DNA of 64,000 nucleotides from Eledone cirrhosa (Eukaryota): positions 3,968,001 through 4,032,000 of the forward strand of contig OZ024751.1 in the NCBI GenBank assembly GCA_964016885.1, read 5' to 3'. A program made the translations under genes and the position numbers. Under the pieces are notes generated by a model, which did not search any database, had not been told where the DNA came from, and saw nothing but the letters and a program-made list of their open reading frames with translations. Of this stretch, positions 25,235 through 37,631 are shown piece after piece; within the stretch, counting starts at the first letter, position 1, and each line of letters opens with the position of its first letter.

Positions 25235-25517
25235 AAAGTGTGTTCCAAGCCATGAAGCTCATCTGGCCAGTGCTTAACCAGTTTCATTTTTCATCGGCGT
25301 AAAGCAAGTGAGGTGAGAGTACAAGAATTAACACCCTGGACAAGATGCTAGTCCATCGAAGAGTTAACTCTCATTTGCTATTGGTACACATTTTCAGCTG
25401 AGTGCACTGAAGTATGGTGAAACATGTATTTTTTTCACCATCTCAATGTGACAAGCTGATCCAGGAATTGAACCCACAACATTATGATCAGGCAAACACC
25501 TTAACGACTAGGCCACT
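25235..25517 (-). mobile_element. tRNA-derived SINE
   Basis: Minus strand gtggcctagtcgttaagg (A box) and gggttcaattcc (B box). Confidence 0.6.
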
Positions 25518-25799
25518 GGTATATATAGATGATGACACAAACAAGATAATACTTTGCTCATTGGTAGTTGAAATAGACTTACACAGTTTCAAACCCAACG
25601 AACAGGTCTGTATGTAATGTCTGTGGGTATATATGTGTGTATGCATGTCTATGCATGCATCATGCATGTATTTATATGTGTGTAGTATGTATGTATATAT
25701 ATATATAAAGTATTTCCGTAGAAAAGGTAAAGGAAAGAAGAGTGCTCTATGAATAGTACAGAGCTATTTAATTATGTAACAGACAACACAATATAATTA

Positions 25800-25870
25800 T
25801 TCCATTACCCAAGGTTTCACGAAGGCAGACAACCTCAACAGAGGCGTCCAAAGTCGTTCATAAGAAGGAA
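25800..25870 (-). ncRNA. Degenerate hammerhead (CTTATGA core) inside a short inverted repeat
   Basis: ttcctt-CTTATGA-acga..tcgt-GAAA-ccttggg-TA-atggaa; arms about 25772-25798 and 25871-25897. Confidence 0.55.
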
Positions 25871-25893
25871 AGTTGTATTGTGTTGTTTATTAC

Positions 25894-25934
<41 letters not shown>

Positions 25935-25938
<4 letters not shown>

Positions 25939-26160
25939 AAAGGAAAACAGAAATAACTCAATCGGTACAGTATATGGAAGGGATATATTAGATTAACACT
26001 TGATATAGCAGGAAGAGGGTTTTAACGTTTCGGACGCTAGTCCTTCATCAGAAGAAAGAATGAGAAATAAGATAGATTGAGGGGACGGGCGGGATGGAAT
26101 TGGAAAAAATGTCTTTAGATAAAAATAACAGGTCCATTCATGTTGACATCTCTTGCAAAT
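25935..26160 (-). mobile_element. pLTR-like unit with minimal hammerhead core at 26023-26051
   Basis: CTGATGA-A-ggac-tagc-gtcc-GAAACGTTA; weak stem I; second copy at 60677-60905. Confidence 0.65.
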
Positions 26161-26363
26161 GTGTGTGTGTATAGTATGCATGTGTGTATATTTGTGTGCC
26201 TGTGTATATATGCACATGCGTGTGTCTGTATGTGTGCGCATGCATCTTGCATGTATGTATGTATATGTGTAAGCGTGTGTGGGAGTGGGTGTCTATCTGT
26301 TCATGTGTGTAATGCATCTTGTCTGTATGTATATGTATATGTATACGTGTGTGTATATATATG

Positions 26364-26396
<33 letters not shown>

Positions 26397-27228
26397 CTAT
26401 CTGCATGTGTGTGCATGCATCATGTATTTATGAAGCAATACACATGCTAAAAGATGAATCATCGTGTTTATCAATCACCGACTCCAGAAATAATCTCCAC
26501 TACATGTACTGTTTGTAGCTTGTTACTGTTGTTGCATTTCTGTGTGGGAGGGAGGTGGATAGAGAGATAGAGGGAGAGGGGAGAGAGAGAAACAGAGTGA
26601 GATATGTAGAATGGTTTTATATATATGTGTGGGTGTGTGTATATGCACATATATATATGTGTGAGTGTGAGTGTACATACACATATATGTTTGTGTGTAC
26701 ATATATATATATATACATGGTTATATATATACATGGACATGTAGAACGATGCAATTACTTTTTATTCATGTGACTACATATACATACATGTCTATTGTAA
26801 CTGTTGCTAGATGAGACTATATCTCTATATAACCATCCACGCAGTCACACTATACTCTCGACACACACATTCATACTCACTCACACACTCACACAATCAC
26901 AATACAATTGTACATTATAAGCACTATGACATGAATAATAATAGTAATAATAATAATAATAATGATTTCTTTATTAACCACAAGGGTTTACATAAAGTAG
27001 ACATTAGGGACAGTGCAGGACAATACAGGACAGTACAAATGGGCATTTCTGCGTGTAAAAAACAAAAACAGAGGATGTAACAAAAAAATAACAATGAAAA
27101 ATTCCCCAATAGGGGGGAGACTTCGGAGGGACATTTGTGGAGAAAGCCCAGTAAAAGGCCACAGTGACCCTGACCACCAAGGCAAGTGCCCTCTCCCAGT
27201 TTTCCACCTTTAATTTACATATACGTAC

Positions 27229-30200
27229 TCAGAGTACATTCACTCGGGCCATTCTTGCTTCTCTCACCCACCTTTCAACAAAATGCTGGGAAGAGAGCAC
27301 TTCCCTCTCTACTCTGATTTTCCTTTTCAAATGAAATTTGAAAAAGTCAATCAGGGCATCACCGAAGAGGTAAGTGCTCGTCTTCAGCCCTTTCAAACGT
27401 GTCCACCATACTATCTCTTTCGCCATGGCCACCAGACAGATAAAAACTGCCTGCCCTTCCCGGCTAAAGGAAGAGGGCGGGGCAATCCTCACGATGGACT
27501 CAGATGATAGCCGGATCCGTCCTACACGCGACAGCAGGTGTTCGACATAAACCCACAAGTCAGCAATTTTCGGACACTGGACGAGTGAGTGCAGGACGGT
27601 TTCGTCGCCCTGCGCGCATCTCGGACATGCCCGGCTGACGGCACCTCCATGCCTGTAGAGTTTATCCCGAACTGGCAAGGCTCCTCGGTAGCACTGCCAG
27701 GCCAGAGATTTCTGGAAATTGTCCATAGGTCCCGGCCCGAAAGTTCTTCCGAAGAGATTGGCTAGTTGATTTTCGTCGACGCCTAGAGTTTCCCCAAGTA
27801 CGTCGTCGCTCTTCCCCTCCACTAATCCTCTATAGAACGCCGAGGTGGAGTTTCCACCGATCACATTACCCGATTGGTCGAGGGCTGTGAGCGTCTGAAG
27901 ACATTCCAGTCTCCAAGCGCTCCCTCTCGGTCTTCGCTTGACCCAGGACTGCAGCTCTGTCAAGGAAACGAGGTGGGGAAATACGTGTCTAGCAAACGGC
28001 GACCACACCTGATCACCGTCGAGGAAGAGGTGGAGATGTCGTAGCCTGAGCGCGTGTCTGCGCATCATCAGCCACGGCATTCCCAGCCCTCCACGTAGCG
28101 GGTGTTGACAGCAGATGGACCGCCTGACCATCGGAGTGCGTCCCTTCCACAAAAAGCAAAAGAGCAAACGCTCCAGCACAGTCAGGCGGGGCTTAGGACA
28201 AGGTACGATGGTCAGGCGGTAGCAGATGACAGACGCGATGTACGCGTTAGCCACCTCCGCTCGACCTTTCAGGGATAGCTTCCTCTCCGCCCATTTCTGG
28301 GTGAGAGAAGCCACCCTGCTTGTCACCTCGTCCCAGTTTTTGTCCGTCTGGAGGTCCGGACCGAACCAGAGCCCTAGCAATTTAACCGGTCCGTCTGTCC
28401 AGCATCCAACGACGCTGTTGGACTGCATGGACCTGCCTCTCCAGATGCCGAGCTGCAGGCCCACTGACTTTTCCTGGTTGATCATTGCTCCTGTCACCGC
28501 TTCGTATTCTCTTAGTGTAGTGCCGATCGCCTCGATGTGTTTGGCGTTCGACACCACTATGGTGACATCGTCCACATATGCTGACACGGATCTTCCGCAT
28601 CCTAGTTCGCGCGGGACGCCCCTCAACGTCTCCAGTTTGTGCAGTAATGGCTCGAGAGTCAATACGTACAAGAGGGACGAGAGGAGATATCCTTGGCGGA
28701 CAGAGCGCATGATGTTGAACGGTTCCGAAAGGTGACCGTTCACTCTCACCACAGAGCAGATGTTGCTGTGCATGGCAGCGATCCAGCCTCTGAAGACGGG
28801 CCCAAAGCCAGCCGCCCTCAGGACTGCCACTAAGTAACGATGGTCGACCCTATCGAAAGCTTTCGACTGATCTAAATTGATCAAGGACCCACCCGTGCCA
28901 GGTTCCCTAGCTACCCTCTCTACGATGTATCGCATGAGGTGGAGGTTGTCGTGGATGGATCTGTCGGGAATGGCGCATGTCTGCGCCTCTCCCACCAGAC
29001 CACCAACGACAAGCGCCAACCTCTTTGCTAGCACCTTGGCCAAAATCTTGAACTCTGTGTTTAGCAGAGTTATGGGCCTGAAATTATCTATGTTATCCCC
29101 CTTGTTCGGATCCTTTCTCAGCAGTGCCACCGCTCCTCGGCTCACAGAACTGGGAATTCTCCCGTTCTGTTGCCAGTTGCAGTAGACGTCCGCCAAGAGG
29201 CCTCCGAACAAGTCTGGCATCTGTACGTAAAGTTCATAAGGCAGACCATCCAAACCAGGCAATTTACCCCTTGTGCAGCAATTCATTGCCTCCCTTACTT
29301 CAGCGGCTGTTATCGGCTTTTCGCAAGACTCCGCCTCAGTGGCTGAGAGCCGCGGCAGTCCGTCGAGGTAGACACTAAAGTCCATCCCTCGATCCGGCCC
29401 ACCGCTGCCCCCGAACAGCTGAGCGAAGTGTTGCTGAAAAGCTTCACACATTTGCCCGGGATCGAGTAGCATGCGCCCGTCGTGGTCCACCAAAGACCGG
29501 ATCGTGGCTTTGTTGCCATGATGCGCCTCCGCCACTCGGGCCCATTGAACGGCTTTCGTCCCCTCGTGTCTGAGAGCACGCACCCTAGTTCTGACAACGC
29601 AGCCTTCGTGCTTTGCATTGAAGAATTGGTCAAGGGCCAATTTCGCCGCAAGCACGTCGGTCGCAATGCCTTTGCTAAGCACCTTGTCTAATTTTTTAAC
29701 TAGTTCTCCCTCTGCTCTATTTTTCTCTATTGCTAAAGCCTTACTAAACCTAATGGATTCTATTCTAATCGCTCTTTTCAGAGCAAACCACCAATTGTTG
29801 TTGACGATGGCCCCCGTCAACGCCCGCTTAACTAGTTCGCTAATCCGGTCTCTGTAGGCCTTGTGCGCTGGTAAGGACGTGTTTAGCTTCCAGTAGCCGG
29901 GTCCTCGTCTATGAAGCCTATCTAAGTCAAGCACACAGATCATGAATTTGTGGTCTGTGTAGCTGACTATCTTGAATTGTGGACAGCCTATGCTAGACAT
30001 ATCTATTTCCCTACAAAATACTCTATCTAGATATGATCTGGATGACCCTATGCGATTTGTCCAAGTCCACATTGGCACATTCGGGAAATCCAATCGGTAC
30101 CTGTCAGCCAGTTCAAAACGCCTGAGCAAGTTAGTGAGGCTCTTGCACTCTCCACCCCTATCCGCTAATCCCACACAGTCCCAGCGTGCATCTAAGATCC

Positions 30201-30601
30201 CATTCCAGTCGCCCACTAACACTAAAGAGCGGGACGTTCCAAGAAAGGTCTCCAGACGCCGGAAGAAATCAGGCCGCCCTGCTCCTGTCGGGGCATAGAC
30301 GGCCACTAGCCTGAAAGCTTGCCCGTCTCCGCTGGTCACGTCCAGCACCACCAACTTACCCTCTGGGTCTAGGAAGATGGCGAGATCCAAACCTCTCCGA
30401 AAAAGCACAGCAACTCCTCCCCCCGATCCAGGACGGCTGGGAGATGCGTACACATCGTAGCCGCCGAAGATCGGTGCGAAGGCCCGTGCTTCGGAGATTC
30501 TGGTCTATGTTTAGTGACCTGAGGTCGTTGAGCAGGTGACCCTGCTTCCATGACGACCCCAAGCCACGCGCATTTATGCTGCCTATTCTGAGTGAGGTCA
30601 T
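27229..30601 (-). CDS. Tx1 ORF2: AP endonuclease, reverse transcriptase, zf-RVT (frameshift near 30500)
   Basis: SINARGL, VGDWN, SYLDR, YTDH; NFRPITLLN, DQSKAFDRV, RQG, YVDD; CPRC..HSLVQC. Confidence 0.95.
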
Positions 30602-30636
30602 GTTTAAAATAGAGTGGAAAGGATGGGAAAGACCAC

Positions 30637-32772
30637 TTACCGTACTTTTCGTAGAGGAAGGATGGTTTTTCCATCCCTTTTCACTTGATCGTCTGGTGAA
30701 GGGACCGTTGAATCGTCCCTTTGGCTGGTCGTCGGCTCTTCTATGAGTATGTCCGAATATACTCTTCGGTTGAGAGTCCCTCCTAGGTCTCTAAAATCAC
30801 CAACTGCGTTGGGGAATTTCGTTTTAATGTTTGTGTATTGTTTCTGTGCTATTTTTAGCAGTCTTATGTTAGTTGGCGTTTTGATTGGTGCTGGTATTAT
30901 GTAGTCGTGCTGTGAAATGTCTGTGTGTTCAATTATGTAAGTCATTAGTTTCTTGTGTGTATTTATTGCCGTGCATTTGTTTTTCTGGGGGTGAGGTGTG
31001 GTTCTGCTAGTTTCTTGTCGTTGTTGCTGGGTGTGTGTGTTTTGTTGTGTTTGCGATGTTGGTGCTTGTGGTGGTGGTGTTGAAGGTGTTGTTGTTGTTG
31101 GCGATGGGGTTGTCGCCGGTGGTGATGGTGGTGCTAGTGTGTGTGGTGATGGTGTTGGTGGTGTTATTGCTGTGAGTCTCTTTGCAGTAGCCTTTACCCT
31201 TTTTACATTTCTTTCCTCCCTTTTCGAAGGCGACGATGCGCTGCTTCTGCGTTTGTGCCTTCTTACGACCTTTTGCCATCCCTCTCACACCTCACACTCC
31301 ATGTCTGATTCTGTGAGGTCGGGGAGGGGTACCAGCTCCACTCTTTCACTTGTTGTTGTTGGTGATGTTTGCACTGGAGTCTCTGTTGCAGCTGCATTTG
31401 GTATTACTGTTGTTGTTGTTAATACTGCTGCTGCTGTTTTTGATTTCCGTGGCGTGGGTATGGGTGCCACGGACCTATCATTCCTGGTTGCCGCTTGTCC
31501 TGTTGCTGGTAGCCGTGGAACCGGTTTCGGAAGGAGGGGGGTTTTCTCCTTTCTCAGGGTCTTCTCGTTGCAGAAGGCCCTGAGGTGAGTCTTTGATCCT
31601 CAGCGAAAGCATTTCGGGCGTTTGCCCTCAACACTTATGGGCAGTTGAGTGCCATTATCGAAGTCTATCACATCCGGGATAGCTTCGATGCACTCCTGGT
31701 TGGTTTGGATTAATATCTCAATGGAGGTGCCGACCCAATCTTCTCTTACTTTTTTCTGTACTTGCAGTACAGTTGTTTTGTCCTCGATTCCGACGAGGAC
31801 AGACGCGGCCAGCCAAGAAGGAGCCATCCCGGGGGGGACGTGGGTCAGTTTGACCCTCACAATTTTTTGCCCGTAGTAGGAGGGCACCAACACCATTTCC
31901 TCGCTCCTTAGGGTCACTAAGGATTGAGCCTTTGCCTCCTGGGGTGTGGCAAAAAGCACGTCTACGGTGGCATATTTCTTGCCTCGGGTGATGTGCGTTT
32001 TCCGCTGCCACACAGACCCTAAGGCTTTTTTTATTTGAGCCTCTGTAGCTCTTTCAACCCTATGTGATTTTGTGCTTACTGTATGGTACGTGACCGTACA
32101 GTGCTGTTGGGTTTCGAAAAATTTTTCGGCTGCCTTGCAGATTGCTCGGTGTCCGGTTTTCGTCACCATTTTCTTCGCTTCCTCTAATTCCTTATTTGTT
32201 ATGAGGATGGTTTCCAGGTTCTTTGCGATACCTGCAAACGAGATTGGTTTTTCTTTGCTGCTGTTGTTGTTGTTGTTGTTGTTGTCGTCAGAGCTGCTGT
32301 TACTTTTGTTGTTGCTGCAGGTACTACGACTACTGCCGCCGCCGCTGTTGCTGTGGTTGTTGTTGTTGTTGCTGCTGCTGCTGTTGTTGTTGCTGTTGCT
32401 GCTAATGCTGTTGTTGTTTATGCTGCTGCTGATGCTGTTGCGGCTGCTACTGTTGTTTTTCTTGTCACTATTGCTGCTGCTGCTGTTATTATGGCTGCTA
32501 CTGCTATTATTCCTGACGTCAGACGAATGAAAAGTGTTTTCGTATTTCCCGCACACCTTTTTCGTCGTTGTCGTCGTCGTCGTGGAGAAATCTTGCACAC
32601 TTTGCACGTGATTTTTCTTTCCTGGCGTCACTTGCGAAAGAGAAGGGAGGGAGAGAGACACATTTAGAGAAGGGAGGGAGAGAGACAATCTTCTCTCTGC
32701 TGTAGTGACAATTGAGGAAGAAGAAGACGGAATGAGTGGGAGTGACTTATGGAAATTCTTTTTCGTAGCCAT
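30637..32772 (-). pseudogene. Tx1 ORF1 (gag-like, CCHC knuckle, N/S- and T-rich tracts) with two in-frame stops
   Basis: ORFs 31600-32805, 31285-31470 and 30637-30945 share one frame; KCFR*GSKTHLRAFC knuckle broken by TGA. Confidence 0.8.
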
Positions 32773-32987
32773 GTTGTTTTTTTGTTTAAAATAAATATTG
32801 GGCACAAAACCCCAATAAACGGTTATTTAACCCCGAAGGGCCAAATAACGGGCAGAAAGACCCCTCTCACGAGGAGGAGAGTGTTTTTGTCTACAAGTTG
32901 GTTAAAGTTTTAAACAATTTACAATTGTTATAGCGGTCTAAATTTACAATACCTTACATAGCCGAGTCTCCGTCAACCATAACATTC

Positions 32988-33026
<39 letters not shown>

Positions 33027-36000
33027 CATTCAGTAACCATACATTCGCCAATCCTCGATAAGAGTGTTTAAATGTCGAACCTAAACAGTTCGAATAACGG
33101 TGAAATGGAGACTAGAATGTCATGTGACAGACTCTCACCCAACAGGTGCTCAGCAGCAGGGACCTGGCTGTCAACCAAATACTGCTGGTGTCGGAGGAAG
33201 AAGAAGAAGGAAAGGGACCAGAACCAACTGGACGAAAGAATTGAATAGAACTGTTATGCAATGTTACCTGAAGAGTAACCCCAAGGAGAAAGGCTATAGG
33301 AAACGGATGCATAACATCTGGAACGAGATTGGTCTATTTAAATTAGATGAACAAAAATTGGCTGGGCAGGCTCGGGTAATAAGAACTAATGGGTGGATAA
33401 GCGAGCTGGAACTGGAGGAACTGAGCAGAGAGATTAGCTTGGAGATGGAGAGTGGAGTATGCCAGGCAAACGAGCCAGTGGGAAATGAAGGTGAAGAGGT
33501 CGAGAGAACGGAGGAACCACCCGAAGCAGACAATGATCTGAATGCTGAGATAAATAATACCTGGAACAGAGATACGGCCACTGAAGAGATGAATGCTGAC
33601 GGGCTAGGACAAGATTTGGTTGATATCCTAAACTTAGTGGTAGATGAATTGAACAATGATAGTGGGAGACCTATGAACCTAAGATTTGTAGACAGGAAAA
33701 AGTTAAAAGAAACAACAGCTAAGGTAAACAAAGTCATCCCATACCTTGAGGCGAGGAGCCTTCACCAGTGCAACAATATCCTCAAAGCAACAGCAAATAC
33801 GGTGAGGAAACTACTTGGTATAAAAGCGAGAGGAAACAACAGACAAGAAAGATCAGAGCCTTGGTGGAAGAAACGACTGAGTGGTCAAATCAGAGAAATG
33901 AGAAATGACATTGGAAAGCTTGAGTCCCTACTGAATGGGACAATAAAAAACATAGACACTAAAAATAGACTGGAAATAAAGTACAAAATTAGGAGGAAAA
34001 AGCTAAATATTATCATAGAGGAACTGAAGCAACACATTGTAGCAAAGAGTGCAAAAATCAGGCGATACGAGAACAGAGTCAGTCAGTATAGACAGAACCG
34101 CATGTTCGACAACAACCAGAAGATGCTGTTTGGACAGCTTGAAGGGAAAGAAAGAGGCAACGACTTGATCCCCGAGGCGGAACAAACTAAAACATTCTGG
34201 AGAGGAATATGGGAGCAGGATGTTAAACATAATGACCAGGCAGTGTGGATTGAGACAGTACAGAAGGAGATTAGTGAACAGGCACACCAACAAACTGATT
34301 TGAGTATCACAGTTGAAACTCTTAAGGGGCAGGCCAAAAAACTAACCAACTGGAAATCACCAGGCCCAGATGGTGTGCAGGGGTATTGGATTAAAAATAT
34401 AACATCCCTCCACCCGAAACTGACAACCATGTTCAATGACTGCTTGATGTCAGGTGAGGTACCAGAGTGGTTGACAAAAGGTACCACAGTTCTGATAATG
34501 AAAGACCAAATCAAGGGTAATGATGTTACCAACTATAGACCTATCACATGTCTGTCCGTAATGTGGAAACTGTTGACAAGCATTATGTCTGAGGAAATCT
34601 ACCATCACCTCCACACAAACAACTTGTTACCGGACGAACAGAAAGGATGCCGAAAGAAGTCACGTGGTACAAAGGACCAGTTACTTATTGATAAGATGGT
34701 AATGAGGAATTGCAAGAGGAGACACACTGGTCTTCCCATGGGATGGATAGACTACAAAAAGGCATTTGACATGGTGCCTCATTCTTGGATCACCAAAAGC
34801 CTGGAGATCTTCAAGGTGGCAGATAACATCAGACAGTTGTTGGGCAAAAGTATGAAGTCCTGGGAAACAGAGTTAACATCAACTGGAGAATCCTTGGGAA
34901 GCGTGAAGATCAAGAGGGGTATCTTCCAGGGAGATAGTCTGTCCCCTCTGTTGTTTGTCCTTGCCCTGATGCCCCTGACCAGTGTACTGTGAAAAGTGAG
35001 AGCAGGATACAGGTTGGGAAAGGGAGGGCTTACCATCAATCACCTCCTCTTCATGGACGATCTTAAGCTCTTCGGGAAGAGTGAGAAGGAGTTGGATGTG
35101 CTTGTTGACACTGTCCGTATTTTCAGCAATGATATATGTATGCAATTTGGTATTAGTAAGTGTGGAGTCATTGTGATGAAGAGGGGTAAGTTGAGCAGAA
35201 GTAACGGAATCCAGGTACCAACAGGTGAGATGATAAAGGAAATTGACTCTGAAGAAGGATACAAGTATTTGGGTGTTCTGGAGGCTGATGACATCAAGAA
35301 CAAAAAAATGAAGGAATTGATAAGAACTGAATACATTCGGAGAGTAAGGAGCATATTAAAGTCACATCTGAACAGTAGGAATGCCATAAGTACAGTAAAT
35401 TCCCGAGCTGTGTCTATTATTAGGTACAGTGCGGGAATTCTGAGATGGAATGTTGCTGAACAAAAAGAAATGGATAGGAAGACTAGGAAGCTATTGACTA
35501 TCTACAACATGTTCCACAAGAGGAGTGATGTCGATAGACTCTACTTAAGGAGATCTGAAGGTGGAAGAGGTCTTATCAGCATAGAGGACTGTGTTCAGAT
35601 GGAGAAAAACAACCTACACAAATACGTGACTGATAGTAAGGAGCCAATGCTCAGAACTGTACTGAAGGAGGGGACAATAGGCCAGGGGATGTCCAAGGAG
35701 GAAATAACATCAAGGAGAAAGAGCAGCCTTCAGGAAAAATCCCTTCATAGTACCTTCTTTGAGAAAACTGAATTTAGAGATCCACAGACATGGAACTGGT
35801 TGAAAAGAGGAGACCTTAAAAAGGCTACAGAAGGAATGTTAATGGCTGCGCAGGAGCAGGCCCTCAAAACGAAGTGGTTGAAACACCATATTTACAAGGA
35901 GGAGGCTAGCCCACTGTGCAGGATCTGTGGAGAGAGAGAGGAGACTGTGGCTCACATTGTATCCGAGTGTAAACACCTAGCCCAGACTCACTATAAGAGC

Positions 36001-36552
36001 TGGAGACATGATGTGATGGGCAGGGTGATCCACTGGCACCTATGCAAAGTAAACAATTTACCACATTCTGAGAAGTGGTATGAGCATAAGCCAGAGTCGG
36101 TGATAGAAAACGTTCAGGTGAAGGTGCTGTGGGATTTTAGGATACAGACGGACAAGAAACTGGAACACAATAGACCTGACCTGGTGGTTGTGGACAAAGA
36201 AAAAAGATCGTGCTTGATTGTGGATGTGGCCTGCCCATTCGACACGAGAGTGCAAGAGAAGGAGAGGGAGAAAATTAACCGATACCAGGACTTAAAGTGG
36301 GAGGTAAAAAGGATTTGGAACTGCCATGAAGTCAAAGTGATCCCGATTGTCATAGGCGCACTAGGGACTATCTCAAAAAGTTTCCAGGGATGGTTAAAGA
36401 AAATTGGCCCCTTCACGCTTTTTGGAACGCTTCAAAAGGCATGCTTGCTGGGAACAGCAAGAACCCTCCGATACGTCCTGAATATCTGAGGCTGCAGGTA
36501 GTGGCTTGATATTCATTACAACAAACTTTCCAGTTAACTAACATCAATGACT
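33027..36552 (+). mobile_element. R4/Dong-like RLE LINE family A, near full length
   Basis: Flanked by (AAT)n; single long ORF. Confidence 0.95.
33072..36489 (+). pseudogene. RT plus CCHC plus restriction-like endonuclease polyprotein (stop at 34990, probable early frameshift)
   Basis: NYRPITCL, QGDSLSPLLF, FMDDLK, CRIC..HIVSEC, RPDLVV..DVACP..EKINRY; ORFs 33100-34992 and 34996-36489 are in frame. Confidence 0.92.
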
Positions 36553-36586
36553 AATAATAATAATAATAATTAATAATAATAATAAT

Positions 36587-36889
36587 GTTTTCTTTATTAA
36601 CCACAAGGGTTTACATAAAGTAGACATTAAGGACAGTACAGGACAATACAGGACGGTACAAATGGGCATTTCTGCGTGTAAAAAAAAACAGAGGATGTAA
36701 TAAAATAACAAAGAAAAATTCCCCAATAGGGGGGAGACTTCCGAGGGACATTTGTGGAGAAAGCCCATTAAAAGACCACAGTGACCCTGACCACCAGGGC
36801 AAGTGCCCTCTCCCAGTTTTCCACCTTTAATTTACAGACACATACTCAGAGAAGGTCCATTCATTCGGGCCATACTTGCTTCTCTCACC
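36587..36889 (-). mobile_element. Tx1 3' fragment in (AAT)n
   Basis: Matches 26964-27270. Confidence 0.95.
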
Positions 36890-36949
<60 letters not shown>

Positions 36950-37631
36950 TTCACCAACACCAGAAACTAGATACACTACCTACCCCATCACCCCTCTGTG
37001 TACACTAAATACAACAGCCAGATAACGGCAATTTCTTCACCACCACCACCACCAATCCCAGCATAATAATAATAATTACTACTTTTATTATTGTCTCAAG
37101 TTTTCACAAAATGTTTAATTCCAATATTAAAGAAATATGTCACCACATATATTAAACATACGCGACAAACGCATAGATACACAGATCAAACAAAACTACA
37201 GTCTATTCAACAAAACTCAGTAACGACAACGCCATCACTATAGTCACCGCCGCCATCATTCCATCCATCATTGCTACCACTATCCCATCACCGCCGCCAC
37301 CACTCCTTCATTGCTACCACCACTATTCCCCCATTACCTTCTGTTAACTTAAGAAAGGGGAAGGTGGCAGTATCACTAGACAAGGGAGAGGCTAGCAAAA
37401 GATATAAATAGATTGACTTAGTGACCCGGCCACCGGACAAACGTCAACGACTATGGCACTGCTGGCTCCCCCCTTCTCCAGCACCACCACCGACATAGCC
37501 AACAACAATAACAGGCAACTTCAGCAAAAAGTATATTATATTATTAATAATTTCATTCTTAAGCCACGCAATGCTCACATTAAGGAACCACTCATGATAA
37601 TAACAATTTAAAATACAACAAAAAAGAAAAT

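Larger units (their letters stand above)
26964..32987 (-). mobile_element. Near-full-length Tx1/L1-clade LINE flanked by (AAT)n
   Basis: ORF1 plus ORF2 (APE-RT-zf), 3' aataaagaaatc-(ATT)n, (AAT)n at both ends. Confidence 0.97.

Noticed and set aside
32072-32667. Poly-Leu, poly-Cys and poly-Ala ORFs on the plus strand
   Set aside because: Antisense frames of the (AAC/AGC)n tract in Tx1 ORF1
33294-36416. Minus-strand ORFs within Dong A, and similar antisense ORFs in other LINEs
   Set aside because: Shadow frames of RT genes
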